A stretch of DNA of 64,000 nucleotides from Schmidtea nova (Eukaryota), in contig CM097882.1 of the NCBI GenBank assembly GCA_044892505.1, forward strand, positions 465,620,001 through 465,684,000, given 5' to 3'. The notes under the pieces are model-generated. The model did no database searches and was not told the origin of the DNA. It saw only the letters and a list, made by a program, of their open reading frames with translations. Below are positions 59,401-64,000 of the stretch, piece by piece (position 1 is the first letter of the stretch; every line of letters begins with the position of its first letter). Position numbers and translations under genes: made by a program.

Positions 59401-60705
59401 TAGGCGCTGAAATGTAGCTGGTGCGTTAGTTAACCCGAAAGGTAATCGTGTATACTCATATAAACCATCCTCGATAACAAATGCTGTTTTTTCCGCATCC
59501 CCTTCCTCCATTTGAATTTGCATATATCCCTTATTTGCGTCAATAACTGAAAAATACTTAGCATCCCTAAGTTTATCGTATTGCTCTTGTGCTTTTGGGA
59601 ATGGGTATGAATCTTTTACTGTTACATCATTTAATTTACGATAGTCAATGCACATTCTTATTTCTCCGTCTTTCTTTTTAACGGGTACAATGGGTGATGC
59701 CCACTGTGAAAAACTCTGTTTTATTACACCTGCATCGTTTAGTTCTTTGATTTGTCGTTTTATTTCCTCTCTTAACTTGTATGGTACGCTGTATGGTCTT
59801 TGTTTTATTGGTCTCGCATTACCTGTATCTATTACATGTTTGATTATATCGGTATCCCCTAGATCAAATTCGTGTTTTGCAAAAACATCACTATATTTAT
59901 CTATCAATGTTTGTAGTTGTGCTTGTTGTGTTATTGTTAAGTATTCATTATTAATTTTCACTTTGTCATATGATTTTATATTATTTATCTTACTAGGTTC
60001 GACTACTCCCTTGCCGTTATTATTCATCACGCTTATCTCACTGACTTCGTACGTTTTTTCTAATTCACCTTTGAATAATTTTCCCAATTTCGTACCTTTG
60101 TGTATTTTAACATTACTTTTTTCATAATTTGCTATTCTCAATGGTATTATTCCCTTTCTCGGAATTACGCATTCATTGATTAGCATTATATTCTGATTTT
60201 GTATAATTGCCGTTTCTGGCTCAAAAATAAAAGTGTCCTCACTTTTGATGTTAACTTTTAAGGGAATTATATGATCGCATTCATATTCCAATTCAAATGC
60301 TTCTAATGCAACAACTTCTGTGAACTTGGATTTATGTTTAATTGCTTTTCTCTTTATCGTATTATCTGTTAAATCTATAATGCAATTTTCTAACTTGTTG
60401 AGTATATCGATTCCCAATATACATATGCTATTACATTCTTGCACCACTTTAAATATGTGGTTTATTACATGTTCTGGTGTTTCGACAATTAGTTCTATGT
60501 CTCCCTTTAGTGGAATACGATGTGCTGATAACGATACTACTTTATCCGTTGTGCTCATAATATTTCTTTTTTGATCATCTGTCAGTTGATCTTCTCTAAT
60601 TAAGGATGTTGCTTCTCCTGTATCTACTAATGCATTTATGATTATATTGTTTATAATTATTCTAAGTCTTGGTCTTGCTTCGTTTGCTGCATCTAATCGT
60701 TCCAT
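56416..60705 (-). CDS. pol: Pol polyprotein PR-RT-RNase H-IN plus C-terminal type I membrane protein
   Basis: ALVDTGEA, QWASPIV, CIDYRKLN, LPFGLTNAPATFQR, YMDDILI, MTDASG, HDGALGGH..CxxC, AMDF, TDKGTNF, QTDGLVER, YKGPY; last 261 aa carry two hydrophobic segments. Confidence 0.95.
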   Translation of the reverse strand: MERLDAANEARPRLRIIINNIIINALVDTGEATSLIREDQLTDDQKRNIMSTTDKVVSLSAHRIPLKGDIELIVETPEHVINHIFKVVQECNSICILGIDILNKLENCIIDLTDNTIKRKAIKHKSKFTEVVALEAFELEYECDHIIPLKVNIKSEDTFIFEPETAIIQNQNIMLINECVIPRKGIIPLRIANYEKSNVKIHKGTKLGKLFKGELEKTYEVSEISVMNNNGKGVVEPSKINNIKSYDKVKINNEYLTITQQAQLQTLIDKYSDVFAKHEFDLGDTDIIKHVIDTGNARPIKQRPYSVPYKLREEIKRQIKELNDAGVIKQSFSQWASPIVPVKKKDGEIRMCIDYRKLNDVTVKDSYPFPKAQEQYDKLRDAKYFSVIDANKGYMQIQMEEGDAEKTAFVIEDGLYEYTRLPFGLTNAPATFQRLMNTILVNVQHCAVYMDDILISSKTFEEHLKDITNVLERLRKAKIKIKPTKCKWAEPSALFLGHIVTVEGIKPNPEKIEVVKKFPIPKTVQQVQGFLGLTGYYRKFIQDYAKIASPIIELTKGIRTKGECKNVLIVQEMNSKVNKIQKKWTKEHQEAFNKLKERLITAPVLRYPDFEKQFIVMTDASGKAVGAVLGQEEEKGKDYVIAYASKTLKGAQLRYSTIEKECYAIVFALKQFKPYIYGTEVIIRTDHKPLEGLWKHKDTSSRLLKWAMKIQDMHLKIIYKPGRINKNADALSRIPELGALEIFALVAEKPIDIYEEQMKDPEISKIKNEIRKENNSKYKISKKLVVIEDFNGKQLIVVPQKLRQILLLQYHDGALGGHLSSRKTASRLLQKYYWEELKKDVKRWCNACTICATRKNTGTKTKAPLHPIPATTSPMELCAMDFLCKLPTTINGNKHILVFSDYFTRWAEAFPTKDETAETVAKLLIEKIIFKIGTPKRLLTDKGTNFTSELIKRVANIFNMQKINTTAYHPQTDGLVERFNGTLLSRLAVFVGKNQNDWDEYISQCTYIHNITPNETTGYSPYYLMFLREPATPIDTIFEPRVSQYLDAPDYVTLMQEKLQEVYKVANLKVKYRQEQYKADYDKNSKPHNFKVGDKVRLMSPQVGKGKTTKLARPYKGPYEVVKVINENLHLQKHKNEDPIVVHVNRCKLAEAEVTIDKPHKYNLRSHNKLIISAIFLTIITFVGSTETIEFDKVLIKISTNEVRAFIINRGVIDLYMQTTNGKNPKMIKGKDDRITNEIERGNYINFTKLTPNTIYKICIQRNTDTTTWRCKKIKTEQLPKNITKNHNITKTLDRIKSTTTTSDNILNTTPLTNEIPTSTGIAKFQKQYNAKKQKQEPIKIRQGRPIVIHNLEELQAFRKEDKKPHWPYYVITTSIIALAVLALITSVQIYKKYKWKRQRYRSRLVRNVPGHFHLGKYIPGEYTKSTLV

Positions 60706-60981
60706 TGTTTCGACTTCTAAGCTATAACAACCATATATCTTTTTAGGTTCACAATGACAATTCTTGTTTTCTCTAGGAATTTTGATTTCTATATTTTCTT
60801 GTAGCTCTTTTAGTTGTTCTCTTTGGTTTTCATATAGTCCTTGTTGTGGTACATTTCCTTCATGTGATATATGCGCTTTAATTATTTCCTCATCGTTTTC
60901 ATCATCTACCAGTAATTGCCTTTCTTCATTCCTTTGGACTTTTATTAAACGTATTTCCTTGTCGTGTTTCGCCGTAATAAG

Positions 60982-62763
60982 TTATTTAGCTATAAATGGG
61001 CACAAACATGCTAATAATTTATATGAATTTCCAAATACTTGTTTTAGCTGTCTCAGTGATACTAGAGAAGAACATATCATTTTTAGTAATGCAACCGTAT
61101 AATATATACCTAAGATTGTAGAAAACATGTTTCCAAGGACTACAAAGTATCCCCATATGCTATATAGTACTTTATATGCTACTTTTTTGAAGTATTCTTT
61201 TGATAATAACACATCAAAGTTGTAATTTCCTCCGTAACTTCCTTCGATAACTCTGTTAACCATTATTGAAAGTACTCTTTCTTTTTCGTTTGGAAATAGC
61301 ATGTGTTTTCTTGCACTTTCTATAGCTTCTCTCGTATATATACCATTACTGTCCATATCGTTGATTTCTTTAAACTCTAATCTTTTTTCTAGCTCTATGA
61401 GTTCTAATTTGAATGGTTTCATTGCCTCTTTTCTATCTGACATAGATATCCACATTTCGTCATTTATTTTGTATAATGGGTCTAATAGGTTAGTGCATTT
61501 TTCTATTTTTCTCGGTATATATGTTTTTTCTGTTAATATTCTAGTAATTGGTTGAAGGTATACCCTTTCTCCTTTATATATTACCGGTAATTCATTAGTG
61601 CACTGATTATTTGTTGCTAACGATACACTAACAGGTTTACATTGAAATGTCTGTATCACTTCTCCTACTATCCTTGCAAATGTTCCTTCTTCTGAGAAGA
61701 TTATTGGTGCCATTAAATCTGGGTTTGTTACCGCCACTGCCATTTTTGTCCTCAATATTTCTCTGTTGAGTTTGCAATCGCTCATAATTGTTGATTGATA
61801 TACTTTGTCTAATTGTACTAGTTGGTTATGATAGAAAAAATCGATTTTATTGTTGAAGTATGATGCAAGTTTGACGTCGAATTTATTTACTTTTTGTTTT
61901 GCATCTTTGACTTCCTCTTTGCTTATGTATATCCCTTCATAATTAGTTTGTATTATTTCCTTACCACATTTTACACTTTTCCTTTTACTAACAAACCTCA
62001 TTGCTTCGTTTTCAGATTCTGACATAAATATTGTTGGTGTATCTTTTTCTTGTACAATTGTTGTTTTCCTTTTTTGATCTCTCACCCTTTTTGAGTCTAC
62101 TTCTGTGAACTGTTTTCCTTTGATTTCCCTAAATTTTAATGATTTTAATTTTGTTAACTGACAATCGTATTTATCTATTTTATATATTAGCATTGATTCT
62201 CCTGTATCGCAATAAGATTCTTCTAATGTACAAAATTTGTATATCATCATTTTCTTTGAGCTGCTGTCGAATGATGCTTTGAACTTTCTCAGTTCTACCA
62301 TGTAGTGTCTCCTTACTACAACATTACTCAGTTTTTCGCCCCATATTGTATATTCTCCTCCTTCACAATATCCTCCTTTTGATGTCCATCCCACGACATT
62401 TATATCTTGTCTCATTTTTGCTCCTATCCTTGCTTCTAGTTCTATTCCTTTATGACCGCTATATTTTACTTTCTTTGTTTTAAATGCATATTCACACTCT
62501 ATTGGCGACAATATTACTGCTTCGGGTGTCCACGTAGGTTTTAACACTGTTCTTGCCCCAACATGACATATATATGCTTCCTCCTGATACTTTACTATGC
62601 ACTCTTTAGCCTCTGTATGAATAAAGTCTGATTCTTGATAAACATGGAATATTTGAGGCTCTGACATGATTAATTTAGTTGGATTTGCTTCAGGGCAATT
62701 TTCAACATCCAACAGTGTGTATTTTTGTCCCCACTTTGGATTTTGACAATCATATGCTACCAT
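60982..62763 (-). CDS. env: Envelope glycoprotein, chuvirus/Jingchuvirales-like (class III fusion candidate)
   Basis: N-terminal AYDC, LLDV..C, Cys-rich ectodomain, GEVIQTFQC..V..CTNELPV..G..YLQPITRIL, C-terminal hydrophobic helices. Confidence 0.8.
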   Translation of the reverse strand: MVAYDCQNPKWGQKYTLLDVENCPEANPTKLIMSEPQIFHVYQESDFIHTEAKECIVKYQEEAYICHVGARTVLKPTWTPEAVILSPIECEYAFKTKKVKYSGHKGIELEARIGAKMRQDINVVGWTSKGGYCEGGEYTIWGEKLSNVVVRRHYMVELRKFKASFDSSSKKMMIYKFCTLEESYCDTGESMLIYKIDKYDCQLTKLKSLKFREIKGKQFTEVDSKRVRDQKRKTTIVQEKDTPTIFMSESENEAMRFVSKRKSVKCGKEIIQTNYEGIYISKEEVKDAKQKVNKFDVKLASYFNNKIDFFYHNQLVQLDKVYQSTIMSDCKLNREILRTKMAVAVTNPDLMAPIIFSEEGTFARIVGEVIQTFQCKPVSVSLATNNQCTNELPVIYKGERVYLQPITRILTEKTYIPRKIEKCTNLLDPLYKINDEMWISMSDRKEAMKPFKLELIELEKRLEFKEINDMDSNGIYTREAIESARKHMLFPNEKERVLSIMVNRVIEGSYGGNYNFDVLLSKEYFKKVAYKVLYSIWGYFVVLGNMFSTILGIYYTVALLKMICSSLVSLRQLKQVFGNSYKLLACLCPFIAK

Positions 62764-63920
62764 TGCATTGCCCCCTTGATTAAATCTAATAACAAAGTGA
62801 TTATGACTATTACTATGGAGGTTATCGATTTACTCTCTGTCTTTGGTTTTACTGTTGCTCTCTTTATTAATTGTTTTATTACATTATCTGTATCACTCTC
62901 TTTATTCGTCGTATCTTTATCATATAATACTTTCCATCCTCCTTTCTTTTTTATCCATGGTATTGCCTCTACTTTCAATCTTTTAAACATCATTGTTGCT
63001 ACTTTTTCTAATTGCTCTTTTGGATTTTCCTTTATGAGCTTTTTATATCTTGCGGCCAAGTATGCCATGGCCGTTATTATTTTATCTTTATCTATCCCTG
63101 TATTAAACAGGATTTTTAACACTGTTTTTTCATTTGCTTCCTCTGTAGCTAGTTCTTTAGTATCCTTTTTAATTAACATCATCCTTTCAGTTATATTTTC
63201 AATAAGTACTGTTGGCTTTGTTTCTGGAAATAGCTTAATATTCATTGCTTTTATTACTTCTTTTATTTTGTTTACGTCATTATTATCGTCTTGATACTCT
63301 GGTTGTTCATGTTTATGTTGATTTGCAATCTCTCTTAATCGTTCTGCTGTCTTCCTATTCTCCGATTTTTCTATTATTTCTGATTTTCGAGGTCTTCCTC
63401 TACCTCGTTTTGATGTTTCTGCATCTTTTGTTTTTGCTTCCTCAGCTATTCTTTCTATTGTTTCTTGTAAGTTACTATACTTTTCATCTATAGGTTTAAA
63501 TAAAATTTCTTCATCCATTACTGATTTCTTTGTTTCGCTAGGTGATTTATCCCATAGCCTAAATAATCTATCAAAATCGTTTTCTTCATTTATACTCAGC
63601 TCAACCGACGGTACTGGCGTCACTATTTCATCGATCATTTGTTTTTCTACTGTGGCTACCACAATATTATCACTTACTGGGTTTATCCCATAATCGATTA
63701 AGTACTCATCACTTAATAATTCTATTCCGTTAAAATATAATTTTATTACATCTTTCTCTCCTATGGTTCCTGGCCATTTGGCTCTTACCATTCGTTTTAA
63801 TTTGCTCACTTTAGTGCAAGGATGCATCTTTTGTTTAATACTAAAAAAATAATTATCATTTGATTCAATCGTTACATTTAGTGTTTCATGCAATTTTTCA
63901 TTTTTTCTTATATTCTCCAT
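62757..63920 (-). CDS. Ubl, AT-hook, Bcl-2-like domain and hydrophobic tail (probably the N-terminal part of the polyprotein)
   Basis: IKLYFNGIELLSDEYLIDYGI (Ubl), KRGRGRPRK, LFNTGIDKDKII...PWIKKKGGW (BH1/BH2 spacing), SITSIVIVIITLLLDL. Confidence 0.75.
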   Translation of the reverse strand: MENIRKNEKLHETLNVTIESNDNYFFSIKQKMHPCTKVSKLKRMVRAKWPGTIGEKDVIKLYFNGIELLSDEYLIDYGINPVSDNIVVATVEKQMIDEIVTPVPSVELSINEENDFDRLFRLWDKSPSETKKSVMDEEILFKPIDEKYSNLQETIERIAEEAKTKDAETSKRGRGRPRKSEIIEKSENRKTAERLREIANQHKHEQPEYQDDNNDVNKIKEVIKAMNIKLFPETKPTVLIENITERMMLIKKDTKELATEEANEKTVLKILFNTGIDKDKIITAMAYLAARYKKLIKENPKEQLEKVATMMFKRLKVEAIPWIKKKGGWKVLYDKDTTNKESDTDNVIKQLIKRATVKPKTESKSITSIVIVIITLLLDLIKGAMQW

Positions 63921-64000
63921 AACATTTCAACATCTCTTTTATTTCTATTTCTAATTCAAATACTCTCGTTACATTTTGTCTCTTTACCATCATTGGTAAT

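Larger units (their letters stand above)
53854..64000 (-). mobile_element. Large env-before-pol Ty3/gypsy retroelement with accessory domains; 5' end beyond the window
   Basis: Four long same-strand ORFs, three joinable by one stop and one 1-nt indel; gypsy-type RT and IN; LTRs not confirmed. Confidence 0.9.

Noticed and set aside
60040-60330. dUTPase-like segment between PR and RT
   Set aside because: No catalytic motifs; similar spacers are common in metazoan gypsy pol.
62765-62790. Programmed -1 frameshift joining the Bcl-2 ORF to env
   Set aside because: No canonical slippery heptamer; a homopolymer indel is simpler.
1-64000. rRNA, tRNA or CRISPR-Cas loci
   Set aside because: None recognisable by eye.

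Overview
AT-rich, transposon-saturated eukaryotic (probably invertebrate metazoan; inference) window with several N-masked stretches and no clearly intact full-length host gene. Contents: Penelope-like element (PLE) pieces with hammerhead ribozymes (HHR), a 380-nt tandem HHR unit resembling a retrozyme, two Merlin/ISXO2 families, Tc1/Tc3/mariner and hAT remnants, a recent short-LTR Ty3/gypsy element, two gypsy elements with ubiquitin-like domains fused upstream of gag, and fragments of host genes (OGT, PGGT1B, RPS5, an FG-nucleoporin-like segment). The main finding is a large Ty3/gypsy-type element on the minus strand (about 53.85 kb to the window end). Its reading frames reconstruct into one membrane-threaded polyprotein: ubiquitin-like domain, AT-hook, Bcl-2-like domain, signal/TM, chuvirus-like glycoprotein, TM, protease, RT, RNase H, integrase, signal, FN3-like/Thr-rich ectodomain, TM. 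A separate ORF with a REX4/ISG20-like DEDDh exonuclease fold follows. A second, diverged and decayed element at 36.2-43.9 kb (+) shows the same env-before-pol order and a DEDDh ORF with catalytic motifs retained, so the architecture is a family trait. All domain calls are by-eye motif recognition; no database searches were run.
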